Shown here in pieces: positions 10,994 to 21,412 of a stretch of DNA of 36,010 bases. The stretch is taken from contig JAVECL010000208.1 in NCBI GenBank assembly GCA_051942245.1, positions 1-36,010 of the forward strand. Direction: 5' to 3'. Source of the DNA: Trypethelium eluteriae (lineage: Eukaryota). The position numbers and the translations under genes are program-made. How positions within the stretch are numbered: position 1 is the first letter of the stretch; every line of letters begins with the position of its first letter. The notes below the pieces were generated by a model, which saw only the letters and a program-made list of their open reading frames with translations, had not been told where the DNA came from and did not search any database.

Positions 10994-11637
10994 AACCCTG
11001 AGTGTGATCAGAGCCGACCAGTCAAGCAGATCATAGACGCTGCGGCATCGAAGCAGTCTTGGTATGGCCGGGTGGCTGACGCGGAGCCTCTGCTAGATGC
11101 GCAGATTCGCGGTCAAAGCAAGCCCTTCCAACAATGGAAAAGAGAAGACCGTCGAACTTATACCAGGCACAATAAGGATCACGTTTACTGCGGAATCGTT
11201 GTCCCTGCTGGATGTGCGCAGATTGATCACCTTGTATTCCGAATCACCAGCCATGATCAGGGTAAGTGCGACAAGCGTCTTCTATATCTGCCTGTGGCTC
11301 TAACACTGCACTTATAGGCTGGAGTGACTACCCATGGGATCATGGCACCTATGCCGGAACGCACACCTGGTTCGACGCGTACGTTCAGTTTTGCTCTCAG
11401 GAAGACAAACAGCCATACAGCCGACGTATCCAGGACAACGTCCACGCCTCCTCCAAACCTCGAGAACACACCATTGTCTGGAGCAGAGACGATTCCGACG
11501 CAGGTATTGCCAAATGCGTGCGGGAGGTCATGCCGGGGGACTGGATCCAAATTCACGCCCTAGCCGCTTTTCCCGGATGGGAGAACTTCGTTATTAAAGT
11601 TGAGATCGAATTGTATGCACACATAGGAGACACATAG
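10994..11637 (+). CDS. In-frame C-terminal extension of the NLR: uncharacterised fungal 'SHDQGW' domain, separated by TAG at 10991-10993
   Basis: The same reading frame stays open from 10994 to 11261 with no ATG. An intact intron 11262-11317 (GTAAGT..CTAAC..TAG) joins FRITSHDQG to WSDYPWDHGTYAGTHTWFD...RRIQDNVHA...GDWIQIHALAAFPGWENFV; stop at 11637. Confidence 0.7.
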
Positions 11638-12194
11638 CTACTATAGAGATTTCCGTTCCATACGAGACTGATAAACATCTGCGAGATTGACCCTTGACAA
11701 AATGTGAGAATCAATATTCGTTGTTTCAAGCTGCCAAGACCACGAGTTTGAGAGATAACCTGAAGAGGAACCCCTATTTTGACCCTCGATTGAGCCCCCG
11801 AAGTGCTAACGAAGAGGACTTTAATAACTGATCAAGGGTATCGAATACCTAAATATTCACTTATTGACATCTCATCTTTTCATTGACTACACACATCAGA
11901 AAATTCATCAACAGTATTTATCAGCAAGAGATGAGCTGTAATGCACTGCCAGCACTGCGAAACTCCCGTCATACGAGACAAAGAGACATGTCATCGATGT
12001 AGAAAATACGAGAAAACGATCATTAGCAGAGGAAAAGACTCAAGGCAGATCCAGACTTCCGCAGCCGGGAGTTATTTGGCTGCCCAATCACCCGGCAGAC
12101 TGTGCCGCAAACTCAAGAGGTAGGCTCATCACCTGAACAAATATCGCCAACGTATTCACTCAGCTCGAAGTCTTCTCACACCTTGTGCCGCGCT

Positions 12195-12225
12195 CGCATG
12201 AAAACCCGCATGAAAACCCGCATGA
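12195..12225. repeat. 12-bp tandem repeat (CGCATGAAAACC) x2.6
   Basis: cgcatgaaaacc cgcatgaaaacc cgcatga, about 135 bp upstream of the SDR ATG. Confidence 0.85.
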
Positions 12226-12358
12226 TTGTAGAGCCATCCAAGCTTGATCACCTGCTTCTCCACCATCTTCTTTGTTCAAACCTGTCCATCAGCAAACCTT
12301 TTCATCTCTGCCTTCACCGCTCTGCCATCCATCCCGTTTTGGTCTCATTTGGCTCAAT

Positions 12359-13404
12359 ATGGCTGGAAAAGTTTGCGTCGAGGGGATCACCCTCGTTACT
12401 GGAGTAAGGCCTCTCCGTTATTTCATTCTCGGAGAATTCGCTAAAGGGGTAGCAAGGCTGCCCAAGGCATAGGCAGAGAGGTTGCCATAAGCTTTGCGAA
12501 AGCTGGTGCTCGTGGTGTCATTTTTGTGGACATCAACGAAGACGGTGCGCAGGAAGCTGCTGGCCAAAGCCAGAAATATGCAAAGCAGTCTGAGTATCGA
12601 GGACTTTCTGTCAAGGTGGATATCACCTCTGAAGAGAGCGTTGCAAGCCTTGTCAGCATAGCAGTAAAGGAATTCGGTAGGATCGACTATGCTGTCCACT
12701 CAGCCGGTGTAAGTTTGTCGATTGATCTGTACTCTCGTGGAGCTTGTTTGTGTCGGAGTTGTGCGGCATCGGCCATCATTGACATGCGTAAATAGATTGG
12801 CAACCTGGCAGAGGCACTGACTCCAACTTCAAGATCGAACAATTCGAGAAGGCAATGATAACTAATATTCAGGGAACTATGCTTTGCTGTCGGGCTATAT
12901 CCAAAGCTACCTTATGCAAGACCAAGAGCCTTTATGGTACGAAAGCCGGCATAGCAAGAAAAGTCTCGGCCGAGGATCAATTATCAATCTGGGCAGCGTG
13001 AACTCGTATTGCGCCGCGCCAGGAATGATGCCGTACACATCAAGCAAGCATGCTGTCATCGGCATTACAAAGACAGCGGGTAGGTCAACATTTCGAAGTG
13101 GATTTCCCAATCTGGTAGCCGCCTCTGACTCGCTTTTGCTGCAGCAATCGATAACTTCAAAGCTCATATCCGTGTCAACGCCGTCTGCCCTGCGTGGGTG
13201 GATACTCCGATGATGCAAGCAAGTTTGCAACGCTTTCCTCAGCTGGGTCCGATGATTAAGGTAGCAAGTCCGCTTGGAAGAGCAGCGACAGTAGAGGAGG
13301 TTGCGGACTACATTGTATTTCTGAGCAGCCCGAGTGCAAGCTTTATTAATGGGACTGGGCTCATCGTGGACGCGGGGCTGAAACTGACTGTATATACGCC
13401 ATAG
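12359..13404 (+). pseudogene. Short-chain dehydrogenase/reductase, frameshifted
   Basis: Exons 12359-12403, 12457-12708, 12796-13079, 13145-13404. Motifs: TGAAQGIG, FGRIDYAVHSAG, GSIINLGS, YTSSK (YxxxK), IRVNAVCP, ASFINGTGLIVDAG. Exon 3 needs two frame changes: about 1 nt missing near 12825 and a 5-nt insertion at 12910-12914. Confidence 0.8.
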
Positions 13405-14111
13405 AAACTTCTGGTCGCGTGGAATGAACTGATTTCCCGCGGCCAGCGCGCTTTGCTGTAGCACTTCCAACGTAGCCTTCGATCAGTAACTCGATCAACT
13501 CATGGTCCCATCTGTCCTTATTCACCGTCTCTTTGTGAGATCGTCGTAAGCCTAACGCGAGAACCCTGTGTCAAGCTGAGAATCCGTTGGTTAAATGGCT
13601 GATCGTAGACCAACCGCTCCATTGCGATTCACTGCTCTGGTCACCATACCGCAATACGTACCTTATCTCTACTCGACCGTACGATGGCGGATGTGAACGG
13701 AATAGTGACGAGAACCCCGCGGAAGGAGTGAACATTTTTCACGTCTTCGTAAGCCAAACTTGCAAGGGTGCGGCTGTCCCTTGACGATCTCAGAGCAACG
13801 GATCCTGCCGAGATGAAATTCGCCGTCTTTGATTGGGTTGCATCCTTGCTAGTGAAAGCTTGTGCAGCATCTGTTGACGCCACTGTCCTGTGGACCTTGT
13901 CCGCGTCGGAGAGAAAACATCTGCCAGTCACGACTTTGGGCTTTTCCTACGTTCAATTGCACTCTTATTTTTTGTAACGAGTTTAGCCTTCCAGCGACAG
14001 CTCCAGTCTGCGTTAGGTCTATTGGGAGGCGTTTGTGTTGTCGTCAATTGACCAAGGATTTGCCCGCCGGAGACGCGCTACAGCTCAGGAACAAAATTTG
14101 GCTCAGGCAAA

Positions 14112-16030
14112 ATGACATTGACCCGGTCACAAACGGGGAAGACTCCAAAGTACGTTCTTTCACCAGCACATTAGTAGCAGCGATATCCTTTGCACCTGCT
14201 AATCAGAGCGACACTATCCGCATGTGGACGTTTCTGTACTGACGCGCACAACTCCAGAAAGACAGAGCATCCCGATTTTGTCGAGACCCCGGGTCGCAAA
14301 CCGCGTAGCACGCGTAAATCCGTCCTCCCCGACTCCACGCCTGACCTACCTAGCACGAACCAATTGACCTCTCTCGAGTCCAAACCTCAACTCAATGGCT
14401 TCTCTACCGGCTCCGACGCACACCAAAATGGCACTGCCAACGGCACCAGACGCAAAAGCCTGCAAGAGGAGGAAACCACAAAACGTATCGTCGATGGTTG
14501 GAGAGAAGGCGCCGACCCCAAAGTCGATTATTCAGGCCATTTCGAGTTCGGCGGTTCCGCAGGCGTCACCGCGATGATGATCGGCTTCCCCTTACTCATG
14601 TGGTATATGTGGGTTGGCGCAACATACTATGATGGCCATTTCCCGACTCGCTCACAGGGCCAGTCCTATTCTGAATTCGTCAGGCATCTCGCGCATCTAG
14701 TCTACATTGGAGCTTTCCCGCATGCCAAGGCGTGGCTGATTTACTGGACGTTCTTTGTGTTTGAGGGGATCTGCTATTTATACATGCCTGGTGTTTATAC
14801 GCATGGGAAACCGCTGCCTCATCTGGGTGGCAGGAAATTGCAGTATTATTGTAGTGGGGTGAGCTCGTTTTATACCACCATGGTCGTGGCGTTGGCTCTT
14901 CATTTCTCCGGACTTTTCAAGCTTTATACTCTAATTGACGAATTTGGTCCGATCCTGAGTGTGGCAATTATCTCAGGCTTCTTGGTCTCTGTCGTGGCGT
15001 ATTTGAGCGCGCTGCGGAGAGGGGCGCAGCATCGCATGACGGGATACCCAATTTATGACTTCTTCATGGGTGCAGAGCTGAATCCGAGAATGTTTGGCTG
15101 GCTAGATTTTAAGATGTTTTTTGAAGTGAGGTTGCCGTGGTACATCTTGTATCTGCTTAGTCTTGGTGCGGCAGCGAGACAATATGAGCAATATGGGTAT
15201 GTTAGTGGAGAGGTGGGATTTGTGTTGATGGCGCATTGGCTCTATGCGAATGCGTGTTCGAAAGGGGAGGAGATGATTCCTACAACTTGGTATGCTATAA
15301 CCTTCGTCAGGAAAATGAAGGGCCTCGAGACTGACTTCCTCGGTAGGGATATGTACTACGAGAAATGGGGCTTCATGCTCATCTTCTGGAATTTGGCTGG
15401 CGTGCCCCTTTCCTACTGTCATTGCACCATCTATCTTGCGAATCATGACCCGGCTACCTACCGCTGGAATCCCTTCGCCTTGGCCTTTCTCTACGTTTCG
15501 TACATCTTCACATATTGGGTTTGGGATACGGCAAACAGCCAAAAGAATATGTTCCGTGCGCGAGGCAGAGGCACCAACCAGAACCGAAGGACCTTCCCGC
15601 AACTCCCATGGAAGGAAGTCAAGAATCCAAGGGTCATAAAGACACAGAGCGGCGATGATATACTCTGCGATGGATGGTGTATGTTGCGTCTTTGTCACTC
15701 ACATGCTCAGCCTCCCAGAATATACAGTACTGACTTGCTCTTGACTTTTAGACGGACTAGCCCGCAAAATCCACTATACCTGCGATGCCTATTTCGCTAT
15801 CACGTGGGGCCTCATCACCGGCTTTAAGAGTCCCTTTCCTTGGTTCTATCCAGTGTTTTTCTGTCTCATGATTGTACATCGTGCAACGAGGGATATTCAG
15901 CGGTGTCAAATAAAGTACGGGGAGGCATGGGAAGAGTATACGAGAAGAGTGCCCTATCTTTTTATCCCAGTGAGTACATCCAAGAATGCTATTTTGAGTA
16001 TGCTTATCGAGATTCCAGTATGTGATATAG
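14112..16030 (+). CDS. ERG4: Delta(24(24(1)))-sterol reductase (sterol C-24(28) reductase)
   Basis: Exons 14112-14149, 14258-15289, 15347-15678, 15752-15969, 16019-16030. Motifs: [18 protein letters not shown]...[89 protein letters not shown]...VPYLFIPYVI. Confidence 0.95.
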
Positions 16031-16469
16031 TAGAATTGATCAGAGGGCATGGAACAACCTTATAACTAGACCATAGATGCCACTTTCGCGCTTCTCAGTA
16101 CCGCCTTCCAAGAAACCTCCATGATGTCTCAGGAGCTCCCCAAAAGATTTTCTGGGACCACTCCAAGAAGCTCAAATCAGGACGACGTAGCATTTTGAGC
16201 GAGACTGTCTTCCGGAGTGCGATACTTTCAAGACCATTTGACAGGCCAAGAGAGCTTAGGGGAATCCTCATCGAGGTAAGAGCACTTTGGAATTTAGCTC
16301 GCAATTAGATGCAAATTTGACAAAACCTTGGAAAAGTGTTTATATTACAAATGTCGCTGCCCGGCAACTCTGCACTGATTTTGCAATGGGGCAAACCCTG
16401 CAATTACATGTCCGCCTGACTGGAAGGTAATATCCATCTGTGATGAAGCAGCTGCCCCATCGTCCTCTA

Positions 16470-16519
16470 CCTTCCCCTTCCTTCAATCCTTCCCCCTGTC
16501 CTTCAATCCAGGGGGAAGG
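16470..16519. repeat. Imperfect tandem duplication plus perfect 11-bp inverted repeat
   Basis: CCTTCCCCCTG (16488-16498) pairs with CAGGGGGAAGG (16509-16519), 10-nt loop. The unit ccttcccc..tccttcaatcc occurs twice. Confidence 0.75.
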
Positions 16520-17141
16520 TAACCCTCGATCTCAAACAACACGGGCCCCAATGCTCTCCGATTAGGCCTCCTCCAAGGGGTTTTCTCGCTCTCCTCTTCC
16601 TCTCGGTCCTCTCCTTTCCCGTCCCCAACTTCCTGCACTTTCTACACAGTGCCCTTATTGATCGAAATAAGCCCTTACGTATTGTCGAATGACATAGACA
16701 AATTGTTGTACCTTCACATACCTTAAAGTATCCGATATCTTGCAGCTCTTTTGCTAGATTGCTTATAGAGATTTAACTAGCTTTATAATCTTGATCTGTC
16801 TTCCCGGGTCAGCTTCCTCGCTGGGTCTCTGGGCTCGCCATTCTCGTCATACATAGTTTGAAGCCACATCCAGAGGTGGTGGTACTGCACTCGGCAGGAG
16901 CGGGAAATCCATCAGCTTCCATGGCACTGTGTACGCTCATTCCCAGTAGATTAGAATGCGAATTGCTGTATCCAAGTAACAGTTCAGTCATCAGAATAAC
17001 CTTGTATCACAGTTAGGCGGGGAAGGAGACGAGAAAGCAGATGAAGTTGCAAATGTTTACTAAGCTAGTAGTTCTCTTCGCGGCTAGCTTCTCCCGCTCA
17101 TCCTCTCCTTTCCACTATTATCGCATACACAGAGCTTCAAG

Positions 17142-18386
17142 ATGCTTATCAAGGAAAGCCATCAAGATGTATCTACAGAAGCAGGCGGAGATATGCGTAA
17201 GCAGGAAGGCATTTAAGCTTAAATAGTGCGCATGTGCTGAAGCCGGTTAGGCATCTTCCTCTTTCACCCCACCATTGATGGATACCCGCAGGCCAAATTT
17301 CCGGCCGTTGTCGTCTTCAGCGAGATCTATCAAGGTAGGAAAGGGCTCAGAAGCTATTTGATACGTTTTCTGTGCGCTTTGAAGACACTGAAATTCTGTG
17401 AACGCCTGGCATCTTGATGAGGCACTGATTCTCTACTAAAGTCACCGGCCCAGTCGCCCGATTCTGTCGCCAGATAGCTAGCCATGGCTTCATCTGCGCT
17501 GCCCCTTCCTCCTATCATGAATTTACAGGACCGGAGCCGCTCGATTACGACGGTCCTGGGACAGATAAGGGAAATGAATGGAAAATCACCAAGGTATACC
17601 AATATTGGTACTCTTTTTCTTCCCTTGTGCCGCTTACTGACGTTCTTGATAACTTTCAAGAAACTTTCTGCTTACGACGAAGATGCGACCCTATCCGTAG
17701 ATTTTCTCGTCTCCCTTCCGACATGCAACGGTCGAGTTGGGGCGACGGGAATGTGCCTCGGAGGCCATCTCGCATATAGATGTGCTCTTGACAAGCGAGT
17801 CAGCGCGACAGTATGTTATTTTGCCACTGGTGAGTGCCTCACATGAACATGTTGCTCAAAAGTTGCGGAATGTGCCTCAGTTTCGGTCCAATCAGGTTCA
17901 GGAATTGGCTGATGATCAAGTCAGACCTACATGGCCATACCTTAGGCGAAGGGAAGAGCGATGACAGTTTGAACCGAGCAAAAGATATCAAAGGAGAGCT
18001 CGTAATGATATTTGGAAAACGGGACACCCATGTTCCACCCGAAGGGCGTGATTTAATTCGAAAGACTCTACATGAAGCCGGAGTTACGTTCAGTTTTTTC
18101 GAAGTCGCCTGGGCGCAACGTATGTATCCATTTTCCGCCCACTTTTATTACCGTCTTCTATTGCCTCTGGTTCCAAATATCCCACTGCGGACCCTACTAA
18201 ACTAGTTTCTTCTACTGATACATGCTTGCAGACGCATTCATCCGCGATGAGCTCAGCAAAGGCCGCTACGATCCTGCTATTGCTGGAATCTGCTTTGAAA
18301 TGCTGCTCGAGCTATTTAATCGGACGTTGAGATCAGAACTTGGACCACGAGCTGGGGGTGATGGAAAGGTTGAGGATGTCTGTTGA
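17142..18386 (+). CDS. Dienelactone hydrolase family protein (carboxymethylenebutenolidase-like)
   Basis: Six exons splice to MLIKESHQDV...FPAVVVFSEIYQVTGPVARF...GATGMCLGGHLA (Cys nucleophile)...IFGKRDTHVP...WAQHAFIRDELSKGRYDP...VEDVC*. Confidence 0.92.
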
Positions 18387-19021
18387 TGCTGCGTGAGCCG
18401 AGTTTGGTTAAGAAAGCTAGCACTGGTATAGATGTAGGTGTTCTGCCTTCCATGGCATTCCTTCCTGTACTGCGTTCATTGTTATATGATTGGCAGACAC
18501 CTATGAAGGGTTCTTGGCATCTATTGCCATCTTCGTCGGACAAATGAATTAGAAAAAGGTGAGAAAGCGGAATCGTTTGTCTCAAGGCTAGTCTCATTGA
18601 GAAAGTCATTTGTTTGCGTCTCCCTCAGTTTTCTGGTCGATCATGACGAAGTCCAAATTGAAGAATCGAACCATCTCAACCGGAGTGAATCCTATCATCT
18701 CGAGAACTGCACTTCCTGTAGAGATCAGTCAACCATATCACTGGATCTTTTGTCGTAGCACCCAACAAGGGCTCAAAGCTTTCAGATAAAACATTCCCAC
18801 TGAAAATCAAAGATAGCTGAACTCCTGAATATCCCTGCATGCACCACACTTTGCGTTTGAAGGAACCGTTCGCCATTTACTCCAGATGGGTCAAACGCAT
18901 GAACGTTAGCCACAAGTTCGGTTTGCCCGCGTGCTATAAATTCTGTCTATTTAACTCTCAGCATACTCTTTCTTCAGATAGTTCCATCGCAAGGAAAAGA
19001 TTCGACGCTTGAATGTTCGAG

Positions 19022-21049
19022 ATGGCTAGTGGATCGTCTTCTTCGCCTGTCGAGGTTCGTAACTTTTGGTCTCTTTCTTGATATTGTGAATCACAACCTC
19101 CAAGCGAGCTCTAATGTGCCACCTTCAGACAGGGAGTTGGGAATACCTGTGCGGCAATGTCAAAATCGATTCGGACGGCATCGAGAGACATTGTGCTAAA
19201 CATGCAGGTATATTTTGCAAAGAGTGCGAACTTGTGCAGGTAAGGCCTTCATACAGAAAGCTTTCAACTGTGCACAGGCTTAACTTTCTGTCCTATAATA
19301 CAGTACTGTTGCAGAAATTGTCAGCAGGAGCACTGGGAAGTCCACAAGATAGACTGCAAGTCTCCGTATCTCCAGAAAACTTGGAAACCTGCCTGGGATG
19401 AGGAGCGCCGTATCTCGTCCTTCTTATTGGAAGATGATGCTGGCAGTCCATTTCAACATTTTGGGCCACCCAAATATCTATGGGGGAATATGCCTGCATT
19501 TGATGTACTCAAATTGTCGCAGAATGAAGGACCAGACTATCATCGAGATCTACGTATCCTGTTTCCTGGTATGTTGATGCAAACAGCGTTTTTGTAATGC
19601 TATTGACCATGATGTGTAGCCTGTGGCGACTTCAGGAATGCAATTGTGTCGATAGAGGGCCTCCCTAGCGCATACGACGGATTGCTCGAATGCTTCCTAA
19701 ATGACAGAGATTTCGATGTGGTTGCTCGGAATGCCATTATGCTCCTCTTAGCAATGTTTTGTGATCCCGACAACGTATGCGAGATGATTTTGCACATTTG
19801 GTACTCAGCATCAATCACCTCCGAAATGTTGAGAGAACTTCGCCAGAAAATCCTCCCGTTAATCAAAGATGTCTTGGCCAAAATTGAAGATGAATCCGGT
19901 CATGATCTCTTTTCCAAGACATTTAAGGTTGGATCTTGTTCGGTACGGTTGATACTTAGTAAGGAGTCGTGGCAGTTGATGCCAGCCTACCTTCTTGGTG
20001 CTCCCGAACTTGACGCTGCCAATGCCGAGATGGCACGAAACTCGATCATGTTCGCACCATCCCGAAGACACTTCCGGGAACGCGCTCTGTTCAACTGTCC
20101 ACCAGCATGGCGTTTTGGTGCTTTGCACCAGCGTACAAACGGCGTGCTTCTCCCTTTCGCCGCGTCTCGTTCGGCATTTACTGAACCCAATCCGTAAGGT
20201 GGTCCTGACTCATTCATCCGTTCATCCCACTAACTTTGTAGAACTTTCTTCCCTCGCACTATAGAGTGGCCAATGAAGGACTCATCCGATCCATTGTTCG
20301 ACTGGGATTGCCATCTAGTACAAACAGGTTGCGGCAACGCTAAAGCAGACGTCTATGGGGCTCTGTATTTCTATCTCCGGGGACTCCTCAGAAAATTCTA
20401 TCGACACTTACACTCATCGGCAAAAACATCCTTTGTCGTCTCTCACCATAACGCTATTAGTCTTCCAGAACTTATGCGTGATCTCCAATCTAGCGAATCG
20501 GCGCCAATCCTTTTCGACCGTATCGATTGCTCCAACGTCGCAGATGAGGAATTTCTTGGCATTAAGAAAACCTTGGCAACCGTAGGCCCACTTCTAAAAC
20601 CTAAATCGGAGAATCCACATGCGACAATTCTGACCCCATTTCTCAATGCAATCGATAATGCCGACTCTTCCAGCGGAAATACTGGGAAACGTGACGCCTT
20701 CCGCCAGCACTACAGAACACTGATGTCGCTCAATCCATGGGCCTTACAGGAATTTCACTCAGGAGAACCCAGCCTGCGGAATCCTGCATTCGTGCGCATC
20801 GCTGGAGACACCAAGCTTCTTCGAGACCATGAAAAATTCTTCAACATGCACATGATCAAGCAGGATTTTAGCGCAGCTGCCTTCCACGCAGGGGTCAAGA
20901 TGAAGCAGCATCATACGATCATCGAAGCATGGCCGATGAGGTTGAAGAAGGAACAGGGGGAGACTGGGGCGAAGGAGGAGTTTGAGCTTCTGCGCGCAAG
21001 CGGTCACGTTGGTTGTGAGAGGTATGTAGAATGGGTGAAGGCGGAGTAG
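19022..21049 (+). CDS. MYND-type zinc finger plus DUF4470 domain protein
   Basis: Five exons splice in frame. MYND: C..N...C...CKECELVQYCCRNCQQEHWEVHKIDC. DUF4470 region: WKPAW, YLWGNMPAFDVL, LFPACGDFRN, LNDRDFDVVARNAIMLL, HIWYSA, GVLLPF, WPMKDSSDPL..W, FDRIDCSNVAD, ERYVEW. Confidence 0.88.
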
Positions 21050-21412
21050 TGGATTGTTGCATGTCAGATGGCCGTCGCTACCCAAATTAGACAAAATTCT
21101 GTAACAACCGGGAGTATCTCTAATAAAGTTAGCACCTAAGTTGGCAAGCTTCACCAGAGATGTGACCCCAAATCCAAGTTCAGTGCGGCCTTCCATATCA
21201 CCCACCCTCCTTGATCCAGGGTTCTTGTGATATGAAAAGCAGCCCGTACATGTCATCATCACATGGTGCGAAGTCTAGTCAAGACTTAGACCAAATCAAA
21301 AGAGACAGCTCATATGGAGAGATGTTGGAAATAACCGAAGGCTGAGTCCGAGAGGGGTAGGAGATGGGAGGGTAGGGCAGAAGGGCTTTGAAGGTGGGAA
21401 AGAAGCTGTATC

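Noticed and set aside
13587..14100. Overlapping short ORFs upstream of ERG4
   Set aside because: No homology cues; the position fits promoter or 5' UTR.
14190..14257. ORF-track start of ERG4 at 14190
   Set aside because: It lies inside intron 1. The spliced ATG at 14112 gives the family-typical [12 protein letters not shown] start.
16085..16310. Minus-strand frame with isolated TGA stops, possible pseudogene
   Set aside because: Too short, and no family is recognisable.
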